From Chiloscyllium plagiosum (taxonomy: Eukaryota), in the NCBI RefSeq assembly GCF_004010195.1, contig NC_057751.1, positions 18,477,185 to 18,524,052 on the forward strand: a stretch of 46,868 nt of DNA, read 5' to 3'. The stretch's first letter is position 1; each line of letters starts with the position of its first letter. The notes beneath the pieces are model-generated. The model made no database searches. It was not told the DNA's origin and saw nothing but the letters and a program-made list of their open reading frames with translations. Shown piece by piece: positions 1-11,999 of the stretch. Both the position numbers and the translations under genes were made by a program.

Positions 1-199
1 TCATACTCGTCATCGCACAACACATGTGAGATCAAAAACAACTGGACTGTAATATCCGTTCACTAGCTATTTCTGAAAACTATGTGTTCTGTTGTGAATG
101 TAAACCTAAATTTATAAATTGTTAATACGAGATTATAGTGTTCATTCGTCATCTTAAGTACTGACTGCGTATAAATTTTACCTGTAACTTGCATCCATT

Positions 200-480
200 T
201 CATAGAATGCATGCAGTACAGATGGACGCAATGCTATTTACTGACCGTTCAAAGTGCCTCCTGTCACCTTTCCATAGTTTAATCCACATGCACATTCCTG
301 GATTAGACTCGGAAATTTAGAGTGGTCAATCTACCGAAACTGTACATCTTTCCAGTGTGGGAGCAAACCAAGCACCCATGCAACCACATATAAATTCCAC
401 ACTGATACTCATGCAAAGCTGGAATTGAACCTGCATTCCTGGTATTGTAAGACAGGTAATGTGCTGCGCAGGGCACCCCG
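200..480 (-). mobile_element. Old, degraded HE1/V-SINE
   Basis: Degenerate reverse-complement match to the SINE (tgtgggagcaaaccaagcacc, ggaattgaacctg). Confidence 0.55.
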
Positions 481-536
481 TTATGAAACAACACTCCCTT
501 TCACAAGAGAAACTTTGTCAGTGATTTATAATAGGA

Positions 537-661
537 AAAAGTGAGGATTGCAGATTCTGGAGATCAGAGTCGAGAATGGGGAACTGGAAAAGCACAGCAT
601 ATCAGGCAGAATCCGAAGAGCAGGAGAATCGACGTTTCATGCACAAGCGCTTCATCAGGAT
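537..661. mobile_element. Penelope-derived pseudo-LTR fragment (family A)
   Basis: aaagtgaggattgcagattctggagatcagag...gaatcgacgtttc...cttcatcagga, homologous to the left part of 4746-4972. Confidence 0.7.
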
Positions 662-2133
662 GTTTTATATTAACCTGGGTTTGAAAATCAGGCAAACTGG
701 GTAACATTTCGTATGTTCCAACATCTTTAAATCGTATGTTGACACTGTGAACAGGGGAGTTTCATTGCCAGTGAATGTGACACATTATATACTGAATCCT
801 ATTGCATCATGTTGAAATCTGTAGTTATACAGAGCATTGATGAGACTACACTATGATACTGGGCTCATATTGTTAACATTGTTCAAGGCAGGAGTAAATG
901 CAAAGAATACCACTTAATAAGTTTTATCATATTAATACCGAAAAAGAGTGGATTATCCATTTTGGACACATCTTGTACACTAAAAACTTAATTGTTGCAG
1001 TAAGATATGATATAATTCTGAGATTTATGACATTCTGGCGTCTTGATTGAAACATGCACTATCCTTGACGGCAGTTTAGAGGAATAAAGGTGAAGAGAAT
1101 ATTTTCACTTACAGGCACTTCTGCAGCCTAAATGACTATGTTCTACAAATTAGGGTTTCACCTATTTAAAGAAAAACAAATGGTGTTAACCCTCTTAACT
1201 CGTTAATATTTGGATTTGTCTTTCTGAAGATATGGTGAAAGTGAATTCCTTAACTGTGGATAAAATCTCGTCAAACAAGTGGAGACAATAACGTTGATTT
1301 AAGTTACAACCAGATCAGCCATATACCGAATGAATGACAGAGCAGCCTGCACGATCTGAATATAATGGGGCTGATTCCGATTCCTATATCTTTAAATTCC
1401 AAGGGACAATTTGATCTCGGATCATTTTAAAAATTGACAGGATATTTTATGTTTTTTTTTATTTTCAGAACACACCTTGCAAAAATTGCTTGATATCGCA
1501 GGCAGTTGTTTCATTTTCTCTCCATGTAAAGCATCATTTCAATTTGCAAGTATCAGTTCATGTTGACAATCTGTTTCTCTGCTTTTCAGTTTCATACTGT
1601 TTATGGAACTTGCAAAGGACAATGGATTCATCGCCATTCCTTGCAGAACAGAACATCTTATTTCCTGTCAAGCAGATTGTGTACAGTTAAAGCCATTTCA
1701 CTCTGTGTTGTTTTTGGATTAACGATCAGTTCATTTTAACATATCCTTCTATCGCATATTTTTGTCATAACTCATGAAGGTTTCATAAATAAGAATAAAC
1801 TACAATCACTCTATTAGTTCTCTTCACTCATTATCATGTTCAAACAAATAAATTAAGGTGAACGCTACCTTCTACAGGCTCTCAAAACATCACCATGAAT
1901 GACCCTGAACATAAGAGAATCAGCTTTCACTGTCTAGGCCTTGTATAGTATACAATTACAATCTGAAAACGTTTCACTTTATTCTGTTAATGTGTGTTTC
2001 ATGGATGTATGACATTTCACACAGATTTTGCAAAGTGTAAGTTGTGATCAAACAGAGCCAATGAGAGTGTTGCATTGTTGTCACAGTGAGTGGTTTCACA
2101 AAGAGTTCGGTTGTTTCTCTCTTTCTTTTACAG

Positions 2134-3035
2134 TTAATTTAGTGGCGATTTTGATCTTGTCCCGTGGAAAATGTGGTCTATCAACATGTACTACTCGCTA
2201 CCTGGTGGCTATGGCAATGGCGGATTTTCTATTCATTATTACAGAGGTCATACTGTGGCGGGTCACTTATTTTTATTTCCCATCGTCTTTACTTCTCATT
2301 ACACCTGTGTGCAGTGTTGTCCATGCTCTACGTCGGGCAACTGAGGAATGGTCAGTCTGGTTCACGGTTACTTTCACCTTTGATCGATTTGTCGCCATTT
2401 GTTGTCAGTGTCTAAGGGCAAAGTATTGCACTGAGAGAACTGCAGGTCGAGTTCTAGCAATAACTGGTGTTCTCTTCTGTTTAAAAAGCATACCGCACTA
2501 CTTTATACAGGAACCGGGATATATAATTGACAATGTGCCATGGCTCTGTTACGTAAAACCAAGCTATTATACTGATCACAGTTGGATATTCTTTAATTAT
2601 TTCAATATGGTTTCAACTCCATTGCTCCCATTTGTTTTAATTTTGTTGCTGAACGCTTTGACTATTAGACACATATTAGTAAGTAATCGCATCCGCAAGA
2701 GACTGAGAGGTCAGAATAACAAAGATAAACACAATGACGCAGAAATGGAGAGCAGGAGGAGGTCTGTGGTTTTACTATTCAGCATATCGATCAGCTTCAT
2801 TTTGCTATGGTTGGTGCATGTTATAGATTTCTTATATTATAGCACAACAGGAAAAAGTACAAGAGATTATAACAATACTGAATTCATATTACAAAGAGTT
2901 GGATTCATGTTACGCAGTTTGAGTTGTTGCACGAACACATTTATTTATGGAGCAACTCAGTCCAAATTCAGAATGCAGCTCAAGAGTGCAATACAATATC
3001 CCGTGAAAGCAGTGCTTCATCTCATTAAGAAATAG
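2134..3035 (+). CDS. GPR139-like class A GPCR, paralog A, coding exon 2 (rest of TM1 to C-terminus); exon 1 not found in window, presumably upstream
   Basis: Polypyrimidine acceptor ttctctctttcttttacag|TT at 2133/2134 (phase 1). Open frame to TAG 3035 with GPCR motifs: (V)NLVAILIL, YLVAMAMAD (TM2), SVWFTVTFTFDRFVAIC (TM3), LPFVLILLLN (TM5), FILLW (TM6), NTFIY (TM7 lacking the NPxxY proline, as in GPR139/GPR142). The ORF-track start at 2028 is intronic. Confidence 0.88.
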
Positions 3036-4745
3036 AACAATTGAAAGAAGCCTAGAGACATATTCTAGTGCTTTTAGTCTATTACTTTCAAACATGTCAC
3101 AAACTCTCAATTAAATGTATGACAAAGAGTTCTGCAAATCCATTAAAATATGATTGGCGACCTGATGATACTCATCGAACCTTTCTGTGAGAACTTCCAA
3201 AAACTCCAGTAATTTTGAAGATACAAATTTCATTTTGGAAATCCATGCCATGTCTTTCTGATCAATATGTCGTTTTTTATGTGACTACTGATTCTTTCCT
3301 CAATTAAAATTTCTGTAAGTTTCTGAAGTTTATTAAATTATCCGGCCTGTAACTTATGATCTCACATTTACATTTTTTCTTGAACAAGGCAGCTGAAATA
3401 TTCCACTCTTTTGACACATCTCCCATATCTGTGGAATATCAAAAGTTCTGTGGCGTAATCCTTTCAGTCTACTTACGTTTATTCAAAATCCTTGAATGAT
3501 TGTTTCCTGAAACAAATGTGTTGTCAATTTTGCGCATATTTTTCTGTCCAACACTTCCTTCTCATCAAATTTTATCCATTCATGATAAATTGTTTCCTCC
3601 AGTTACGAGGGCTTAGTTAGCATCTCTGTCTTTGATAAGTAGTCGTGCAACAGTTCACATAGCATGAAAACGAATGGTGACATTCTTAAAAAGCAAACGT
3701 TTCTTTTCAAATCAGACAAGCACTGAATCACAGAAAAAGATAACTCTAGTTACACGCTGACCATTACAAATCTCCCTTTAAGGATAGCTGTATGCTTTTA
3801 CTGAAGTGTAAAACCATCCTTAACTGAAATCCAGCAATGCTAATCCAATCTTCTAATTGCAACTGAAAGTTTAATTTGATCCTCATGGCAGCTTCCATAC
3901 GAATTGAAATGAATCAAATGCTAAATGTAACGGCTAAAGCGAATCAAACAACAAACTTATTTGTAATTTTATCCAATATCCAAAACATAAAAACTCAGTC
4001 AACATCTTCCTGGCCCTCAACTTAACGTTTATGTTTATTCAATTGGTAATTCTAAATCTATGTGAAATGTAATGTTAACTGTGAGCAGAACTCAATTCCT
4101 AATTATTCCCCTTAAACTAGTTATTTCATTGCGCATGCATTTTGGAAGTCTAATCTGTAATTGATTATGAAACGTTAATATTTACTCTAGCCTTCACTAA
4201 ATGTGATTCATCCCTCAAGCGATCGGCCTGCAAGTCTGACTATGAACAGCAAAATTAGATTTCAGTGCAATGTACACAGACGAGATATTGAGACACTGTC
4301 ATTCAGAATAAATATGATATTTTCTCTCATCTGCCTGTCAGTTATTTGATAATGACGAGGCGAATGTGTGGTGGCTGGTAGCGACTGTGGGGATAGAGCT
4401 GGAAAAAATATGCATTGTCTGGATTTCACTTCTGTAGATGAGATCACATTGCACAGACTGCACCCTGCTCCACTCACTGCAACCCCACGTTCCGGGTTGT
4501 TTCACTTTCTCAAGGAGTGACAGGATTTTGCATGCATTGCAACATGGACTCCTTCCCATGTGAAGCAACTGAAATGCACACCATGTATATGGAACAGTGA
4601 TGAAGATGGAATGGAGTGACGGGTTAAATGTAAAATAGAATAGCTGAGGTGTTTTGAAGGTGATTGAGAAGCTTTTTAGACAAGCAACAGAGTTAGTTCT
4701 AGATTTGGCTTGAATGCCCGAGAGACGTTTGATCACGCATTATGT

Positions 4746-4972
4746 TTAGAAAGTGAGGTCTGCAGATGCTGGAGATCAGAGCTGAAAATGTGTTGCTGGA
4801 AAAGCGCAGCAGGTCAGGCAGCATCCAGGGAACAGGAGAGTCGACGTTTCAGGCATAAGCCCTTCTTCAGGGCTTATGCTTTCCTGAAGAAGGGCTTATG
4901 CCCGAAACGTCGATTCTCCTGTTCCCTGGATGCTGCCTGACCTGCTGCGCTTTTCCAGCAACACATTTTCAG
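4746..4972. mobile_element. Young palindromic Penelope-derived element (family A): inverted pseudo-LTR arms and a 12-bp TSD
   Basis: Arms about 4780-4871 and 4883-4973 are near-perfect reverse complements. Flanked by the direct repeat cacgcattatgt (4734-4745, 4973-4984). Confidence 0.8.
4882..4913 (+). ncRNA. Minimal hammerhead-ribozyme motif (Penelope type); mirror copy on the minus strand at 4841-4872
   Basis: UC-CUGAAGA-A-GGGC(UUAU)GCCC-GAAA-CGUC-GA: catalytic boxes, 4-bp stem II, palindromic ACGU stem III, very short stem I. Confidence 0.6.
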
Positions 4973-5179
4973 CACGCATTATGTGTCCAGACTACAGCAA
5001 ATATACTTGCAATGTGAGATGGAAGAGTGAAGATTTAACGGTTCCCCTTTTCCCACTCCAGTCATGTGGTCCTGCCTGAAGGACTTTGTCTGAAGGCAGA
5101 AGTTCACTTGTCATTTCTATTCTTATGGAATAAAGCAGAACAGACGATAACTTTGTGACTACCTCAATGAATTCGAATA

Positions 5180-6055
5180 AGAAATGACCTTCCCTGCATA
5201 GAGCCATATTGCCTATCACTAATAAGTTTTGTTTCCAAATGGGAGTATATCCTATCCCTCAATATCTTCTTCAGCAGCTTCCCTACCACTGCGTGAGGCT
5301 CAAGGGTTTACATTGCCTCGATTATCCCTGGTACACTTCTTAAACAGGTGGAACACTTGAGCAACCTTCCAGTCCTCGGGGACATCACACGTGTTCAATG
5401 ATGCTGCAACACACTCTGTTACGGCCTCAACCCTGTTCTCTCTGATTTCCATCAACAACTTGAAATAGTTTCTATCCAGGCCTGGAGACTTGTCCATCTT
5501 AATACCTTTTAGAACACCAACCATCTCCTTCCTCCTTAAGCCGACTTATTAAATTAATCAAACATCTATCCCTAATCTCAACATCTGCCATGTCCCACTC
5601 CTCGGCGAATACTGATGCAAAAGTATTCGTTTCGAATCTCACCAATTTTCTCTGACTTCACAGATAAGTTTCCTTCTTTGTCCTTGAGTGGGCAATGCTT
5701 TCACTACTTACCATCTTTATGCTTATGTATGAATAAAATGCTTTGCAATTTTCTTTAAACCTGTTTGCTAATGTTATTTCAGGATCCCTTTTAGGCATCT
5801 TCATTCCTCATTTCAAATTGGTCCAACATTCCTTTATTCTTCCAAAGCCTAGTCACTGTTCAGTCGCCTAGACTGTTTCCTTTTGCCTCTTGGCTAGTTT
5901 CAGAATTTAACCTGTCATCCATGGTTCCCTTACCTTACCATTTGTATTCCTCATTTTCACAGAAACGTATCTCTCCTATTCTCAAAGTAACTTCTCTTTA
6001 AAAGCCTGCACCATATCACGTGAGGATTTACCTTCTAACCGCTGCTCCCAATACT
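5180..6055 (-). mobile_element. CR1 LINE ORF2 fragment, degraded
   Basis: Translation KSPGLD...VPEDWKVAQVFHLFKK...GN is the typical CR1 pre-RT region. Confidence 0.8.
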
Positions 6056-6641
6056 GGAGACACGGATGGATGAATTGACCCATACAGCCACATTCCAGGT
6101 GTGATAGCAATTCCTCGGGAAGGAGTTATCTCCTGAAGGAGTTCAGCGCTGTCAGTTTGCTAATCTGCGATCGGGTGTGCAATAGACTCCTGCCTTCAGT
6201 TGGACAGGAGTAATTGTATTTATTGATCATTCATTTTGTTGTCAAACGCGACATTTCAAGAACTGTTGTTATTGGTTAAGTGTCAGGGCTATTCATATGG
6301 CTCTTCCACTTCTCCTGTCATTCAAAGATTTCAAGTAAAGAATTAATTCCTCTGTTTAACATGACATTTGTTCATTTGTTTGTGCCTGGACAAAGTCAGA
6401 GTGGGCATCAGGGGAATGTGAAATGGAGTCACGTTCTAATACACCTGATGAGCTGAAAAAGTGATAAGGCCTCCAAGCCAGTGTCTCAGCAGGTCATCCC
6501 CTCGATACAGTGACCGCCTGATGCAGCCACTCGCTGACATGAATTCTCTGAAATGAGTCTCACTTTGAATGAAAGAATGAAGAAGTGGTGATTCACAGTC
6601 TCATTGTCTATCACTGTGTGCATCCCTCTTGTGTTTAATAT

Positions 6642-7125
6642 GATGTGGAGGAGCCAGGTTTGGACTGGATTGGTCCAGGTTAATAATCACAACACCAGAT
6701 TATAGTCCATCAGGTTTATCTGGAAGCTCAGTAGTTTTCGAGTACTGCTCCTTCATCCCCTAAAGATTGTTCGAGAATGTGCCTTAATAGAAGTTCTGGC
6801 ATTTACATCTTAATGAACTGAAGCATGCAACCCGTTGAAAAGATGAAAGACTCGGCACAAAGCTAGATTTAGAAAAACTCAGCCGGCCAGGCAGCATCCA
6901 AGGAACAGAAAAATCGACGTTTCGGGCTAAAGCAATCTTTCAGCTCTAATTTGCAGTACTCATTTTTTTCCTGACCGACCTGGATTTGTACAATACATCA
7001 TTTCAGTTCCATGAAACTCTGTATTTTTCATATCTACTTGATGATGGAGCAGTGCTCCAAAAGCTAGTGCTTCAAAATTAACCTGCTTCACAATAATTTT
7101 GTGTTGTGTAACTTTTAACATTGTT
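6642..7125. mobile_element. Penelope-derived element (family B) with inverted termini and a nested family A fragment (about 6871-6972)
   Basis: 6642-6757 (ttggactgg...acaccagattatagtcc...gctccttcatc) is inverted relative to 7037-7125 (tgatgatggagcagtgctccaaaagctagtgc...). Nested piece ggcagcatccaaggaacag...cgacgtttcggg. Confidence 0.6.
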
Positions 7126-7314
7126 TACTGTGAAACAATGCCCTCCTCCTTCTGGCTGACAAGACCTACTGCACAAGTAAATAATATATTTTCGGCAGAG
7201 AGCATGAAAAGCAGGGAACTCTCATTGATCAACCAGTCCTCCAGTGGGTTCTTCATCAATGCCTAACTTCATTGATGAGCCACTCCCCGGGGAATGCGGC
7301 AACACCCATCAAAC

Positions 7315-7599
7315 TTTTTGCAAGGTTGTGAAGGTTTGTAGCTCAGGTTGAGGTTTAGGGTGTAGGTTTGCTCGCTGAGCTGTAGGTTTGATATCCAGAC
7401 GTTTCATTACCTGACGAGGTAACATCATCAGTGGCGACCTGCAAGTGAAGCGAAGCTGTTGTTTCCTGCTTTCTATTTATATCTTTTTATGAAAGATATC
7501 TTATTAAAGATATAAATGGAAAGCAGGAGATAACAGCTGAATATCAAACGTCTGGATATCAAACCTACAGTTCAGCGAGTAAACCTACACCCTAAACCC
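7315..7599. mobile_element. Palindromic Penelope-derived element (family C)
   Basis: ggtttagggtgtaggtttgctcgctgagctgtaggtttgatatccagacgttt is mirrored by aaacgtctggatatcaaacctacagttcagcgagtaaacctacaccctaaacc. Inner arms cagctg/ctgctttctatttatatc are also inverted. Confidence 0.7.
7395..7434 (-). ncRNA. Minimal hammerhead-ribozyme motif (family C)
   Basis: Minus strand CCA-CUGAUGA-U-GUUACCU(CGUC)AGGUAAU-GAAA-CGUC-UGG: stem I CCA/UGG, 7-bp stem II, ACGU stem III, GUC cleavage triplet. Confidence 0.7.
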
Positions 7600-8454
7600 A
7601 TAAAAATGGGTCATAATAGGCCATTAAGGATTCATGATGGGACTCAAAATAACGGGTAATAAATGAAATCGCAATGGCCAAATAACTCAACATTTCCCAT
7701 TCCAACTTTTTTTTGTCATGAGAACTATACTTAGCTCCTCTTGCAAACATTGAATGTTTTGCCCCGACTGCTTTCTATTGCTCAGAAGTCAACAGGCTCC
7801 TGCACTCTCTCTTTGGAGACATTTCCCCTCATTTCATTCCGCCCCCATATTCTTCCACTATGATCCACCAGTTCTGCACTTTCCCCTCCTGGTCATCAGG
7901 AACACCCTTCCTGCATTTACGTTTAGAACAAGTTCCATCAAACGCATGATACATTATCATTAAGGTATTTACCTGTTGGCAATATGAAAACAGCAAGAAA
8001 ACTCGGAAAGGTTAAATTAACAAATGTATTGGGTTAATAGATAAATCTGCGTAAAAGGATGTGACAGCAATTTTCTAACTATTGTCTGAGGTTAGTCTGA
8101 GTCACTGTATAAAGTACAGTAATGGTGCAGGAACTGAGAAGCTGCAGCACAAAACTCACTTCCTGCAGCTTATATGGGCAGATGCAGAGACGGTATCAGC
8201 ATGGAGTCCAACCGCCAACATTTGGAATAATACACATGCAATGAATCTAACTTGCAACATAAAAACCAGCAGAGATTTCCAAACACTGTTTCCCCTTTAC
8301 TGACTCGAATACGGTGTTTCAGTCTCACAATGCTTATATCTTACACATTATGGAATATAAGCTAATGGTCAGCGTCTACTCTGTCAGAAACCCGTGAGTA
8401 ACAGCCTCATATATTGAAACTGCCCGTGTGTATCTGGTGCAGGTTAGATTCATC

Positions 8455-8457
<3 letters not shown>

Positions 8458-8530
<73 letters not shown>

Positions 8531-8566
8531 GGAGAGAGGGAGGGAGAGAGAGAGAAAGAGAGAAAG
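8458..8566. repeat. (GT)~33 microsatellite followed by a GA-rich tract
   Basis: Directly visible. Confidence 0.97.
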
Positions 8567-9444
8567 AATTGGAAAATACAATGCATAGAATATTTAAAAT
8601 ACTTCATAATACCGAAGAAAGGGGTGAGTTTCAGTGCTCAGAGAATCAGACAGGGATTTGGGTGAAAAGGGGACTGACAGTGGAGCTGAGAGGTGGCGGA
8701 CCTGGGAGTAATTGGAAGCCAGGCTTCAGAATGGAGCAGCGTGTGACAGAGGGGCTCAGGTCAGAAATCCTGTTGTTCTGGGCGTGGTACAGGAATGTCT
8801 GGTGATAGCAGAACTGCAAATGGTAGGGGAGTACGGAGCTAGAAAAGTGTTGCAAATGCAAGCAGGGCTCTCAGCGAAGTGGATTTACAGATTGAAAATG
8901 CAGCGTGGACGAAGATAAGTAGGATTATTCAGCTATTTTATTAAGCTGCAGGGGAGAATGTAAGGAGAGGGAGTCTAGTTAAAGGGACGTTTTGAGTAGC
9001 AGAGGGAAGTGTGCAATCTTAGAAAGTTAGTTCCCTTGAATTTGCATCGCTAAGATCTCTCATACAGATGCAATGTTTCACACAGATTTTCTTGGTACAA
9101 GTTTGGGCTAATAAGGAAAGGACGTAAAGAAAATCACACCATTAATCACAAAATGAAAAAAAATATTGAGTCAAGAATTCAGACTCAGAAATGTACAGTT
9201 GGGAGACGTTATATTTCAAATCTGATCAGATTTTTCATGCTATTTCAATGAGACAAACATTGCTCTGTAGCTGACCGAGATTTAGACATTTTCCACTTAC
9301 TGACCGGCATAGCAAAAACATTCCGTGTTTTTGCACTCCCTTTGTCTAAATCCATGCATGTAACGTAGGCAGCAGACGTCAGTCCTAAAGTTTTCTTTTC
9401 ATCAATTCATAATTACACAGAGGCAGTTACTACACTATGATATC

Positions 9445-9790
9445 ATTTTAAGTCTGAATTCATGTGTAGGTCAGACCAAATAACAATGGCAGATTTCCTT
9501 CCACAAAGGACAACAGTGAATCACATGGGTTGTCATCCAACAATTGGTGATGGACTCGTAGCCATCATTAGACTCTAAATTCCTAGATTTTCATCTCGTT
9601 GAGTTCAAATCGCACTATGTGTAAAGGTAGGCCTTGAATCGTTGATGAAAAATGTGTTGCTAGAAAAGCACAGCAGGTCAGGCAGCATCCAAGGAGCAGG
9701 AGAATCGATGTTTCAGGCATAAGCCCTTCTCCAGGACCTGGGTCACAGGAACAACCATTAAGTGATATGACCACTAACACGTCATGTCCC
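9445..9790 (-). mobile_element. Degraded Deu-domain (SacSINE1-like) SINE interrupted by a family A Penelope fragment (about 9642-9737)
   Basis: ggcagatttccttccacaaaggacaacagtgaa...catcattagac...ttcaaat resembles this SINE on the minus strand. Insert aatgtgttgctagaaaagcacagcaggtcaggcagcatcc...aagcccttc. Confidence 0.55.
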
Positions 9791-10359
9791 ATTTACTAAC
9801 AAAACATAAATCGAAATTATCACTCTCCAAAGCGCACTGCAGAAGAGAGATTGCTGCCAGGCCATGGCAGTACAGATCATTGGACATCTGTCCAAATACT
9901 AAATAAATAACGTATCACATTTAAATAACTCCTGGGCATCTTTCCACAAAGTCATCTGATATCCGATGAAAGACAAATTAAATCAGAGGTCTCGTTAGTT
10001 TTTCTGACTTGCCAGTTTCATAAAGTTCACCAGAAGTATACTTCTCAACACAGGAATGCCTAATTTCCTGCTCAGTGTTCAAAAATATACATAAAACGGC
10101 ATGGAACATTGGTTGGGACAAGCGCCCAAGTATTGTTCAGAATGCCTTGACAGAAAGTTAAACACGGGAGATTGATGAGGATGGTGCACAAGACCCCAGA
10201 GTTATTGATATGAAGAGAAGTTTCAGAGACTGGACTAGTTTCTGTTTCTCGGTGTAGCAGAAGACCGGGGTATCGCCCACTGCTTAAAGAAATAACGGGA
10301 GTGAGATAGTAACTGGAATTATTAAAATATTTTCGGTTAAAATACCTACGTTTTTGATA

Positions 10360-10665
10360 GGGGGCATGGTGGCACAGTGGCAGAGTGATTAGCACTACTG
10401 CCTCACAGCGCCAGAGACCGGGGTTCAATTCCTGCCTCAGGCAACTGTCTGTGTGGAGTTTGCACATTCTCCCCGTGTCTGCGTTGGTTTCCTCCTGCAG
10501 TCCAAAGATGTGCAGGTTAGGTGAATTGGCCATGCTAAATTGCCTGTAGTGTTAGGTGAAGGCGTAAATGTAGGGGAATGGGTCTGGGTGGGTTGCTCTT
10601 CGGAGGGTTGGTGTAGACTTGTTGGGCTGAAGGGCCTTTTTCCACACTGTAAGTAATCTAATCTA
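10360..10665 (+). mobile_element. HE1-type tRNA-derived V-SINE
   Basis: Box A/B (tggcacagtgg, ggttcaattcc), V-domain tgtggagtttgcacattctccccgtgtctgcg, tail gggcctttttccacactgtaagtaatctaatc. Confidence 0.9.
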
Positions 10666-10879
10666 TTAAAATATAGTTTTTCAGCGATCAAGATAGTGAT
10701 CAAGGAATCTGTGAATAATCTGCAGATAATTTGCAAATCACACAAAGTAGTGGCGGGATTGTGGTTGGAAAAGTGGGCATGATGTGTTCATTAATGTTGA
10801 CAGAAGTATCTAGATGGGACAATTGATAAAAGCATTTAGGAAGCAGAAGGTGAAACGAAAGCGGGAGAATATCTTAATT

Positions 10880-11036
10880 CCTGAACAGGCAGCATCCGAG
10901 AGCAAGGGAGTTGGCGTTTCGGGCAGCAGCCCGAAACATTGACTCTCCTGCTCCTCTGATGCTGCCTGAATGGCTGTGCTTTTCCCAAACTGCACTTTTC
11001 AACTCTGATCTCCAGCTTCTGCTGTCCTCACTTTCT
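10880..11036. mobile_element. Family A Penelope-derived palindrome with internal deletion
   Basis: caggcagcatccgag...gtttcgggc / gcccgaaac...gatgctgcctg inverted arms; ends in ctcactttc. Confidence 0.7.
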
Positions 11037-11265
11037 AGTAATATCTTAGTTCCTGCAGAATTCATTGCCGTACCAATGTGCACCCATACGACGAGCAGAC
11101 GTTTTCTAATGCTGCAGCATGGGTTCACTGCAGAGTCAGAGAATGAGTGGAAAGAATCGAAAAATCACTGAGGCTCAATCGTATCAACACCAGCAAGGAG
11201 AGTGGCAGAACGAATGATCAGGCAAACACTATGGTTAGCAATCAATAGCTATATGGGAAACTTAC

Positions 11266-11404
11266 CAGGGACGGCAACAAAAGCCAGGATGGGAAGGAAA
11301 TGTACTGGTCAGGAAAGTAAAACTTTAGAACCAGTATTCTGATACAGGCTCCGAAGGAAGAATGTAATGAGACCAGAATTACCCCTATTCAGTTGATAGT
11401 ACAT
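11266..11404 (-). pseudogene. Orphan, disabled GPR139-like exon 1
   Basis: Minus strand reads MYYQLNRGNSGLITFFLRSLYQNTGSKVLLS*PVHFLPILAFVAVP followed by G|GTAAG. The phase-1 donor and FLPILAFVAVP match exon 1 of paralog B (FYPLLAAVGVL G|GTAAG). In-frame TGA at 11311-11309. No intact minus-strand exon 2 in the window. Confidence 0.6.
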
Positions 11405-11999
11405 TCCAAACACTTTTTCTCAGATTCGGATCTCCACTCTCCCTTTCTCTGGAGCTGCTAAAGGTGATGCTCTCGCTGTCACTCTGCGATAACACGCTGA
11501 AACCCATCTCTTAAGGAAGAGGGAAACCCTCCAGTGACACAATTAGGATCCACGGAGGCTGACATTGATCACTTACAAAAGGGGATTTCGGTCACAGCAA
11601 ACATTGCATTTCAGACCTGTATTTACATCAAAAAGCATAAAAACTCCTACTCCTGAAATACATAAAATTTCACAGCATGCAAGCAGACCGAATGGCTTAC
11701 CTGCTGGTCAACAGTTATGCCTGTATGGCAGAAAGTTCTTATCAATATATTACTAAATGAGCTTTTTATCTCTCCCTCTGTATCTTCCTTTCTCTCCCTC
11801 ACCTGTGCATGAATGTTTCTGCTGTCTCTGAAAATGTGTTACCATCATTTGATGGCAACTAAATGTCAGCTAAACCACCTCACATTAATTGGAATTATTT
11901 CTCTCTCATTGAAAACAGCAACGTACGTGTCAATTTCTTCAAAGTCAGACCTGAGTTTCATTGTAACTGTACTCGTATAATGTAGCATTTACCAGATAT

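Noticed and set aside
2028..2133. N-terminal extension of the 335-aa ORF as a single-exon gene
   Set aside because: A strong acceptor at 2133 sits at the same phase-1 position as in paralog B, and the upstream residues lack the YP.LA.VGV start of TM1.
4320..4480. Possible heavily deleted GPR139-like exon 2 (acceptor-like ctgtcag|tt, cacagactgc)
   Set aside because: Only scattered short word matches and immediate stops; cannot be supported without alignment.
6445..6470. ctgatgagctgaaaaagtgata as a hammerhead
   Set aside because: No intact GAAA box after a stable stem II, and no stems I or III.
8407..8805. CV/TH-repeat ORFs
   Set aside because: Translations of the GT/GA microsatellite.
10360..10440. 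tRNA genes at SINE heads (also 14454, 15439, 29706, 32445)
   Set aside because: The A/B boxes continue into the V-domain and LINE-like tail, so these are SINEs.
11309..11311. Selenocysteine or readthrough at the TGA in the orphan exon
   Set aside because: No exon 2 or SECIS to evaluate; pseudogenisation is simpler.
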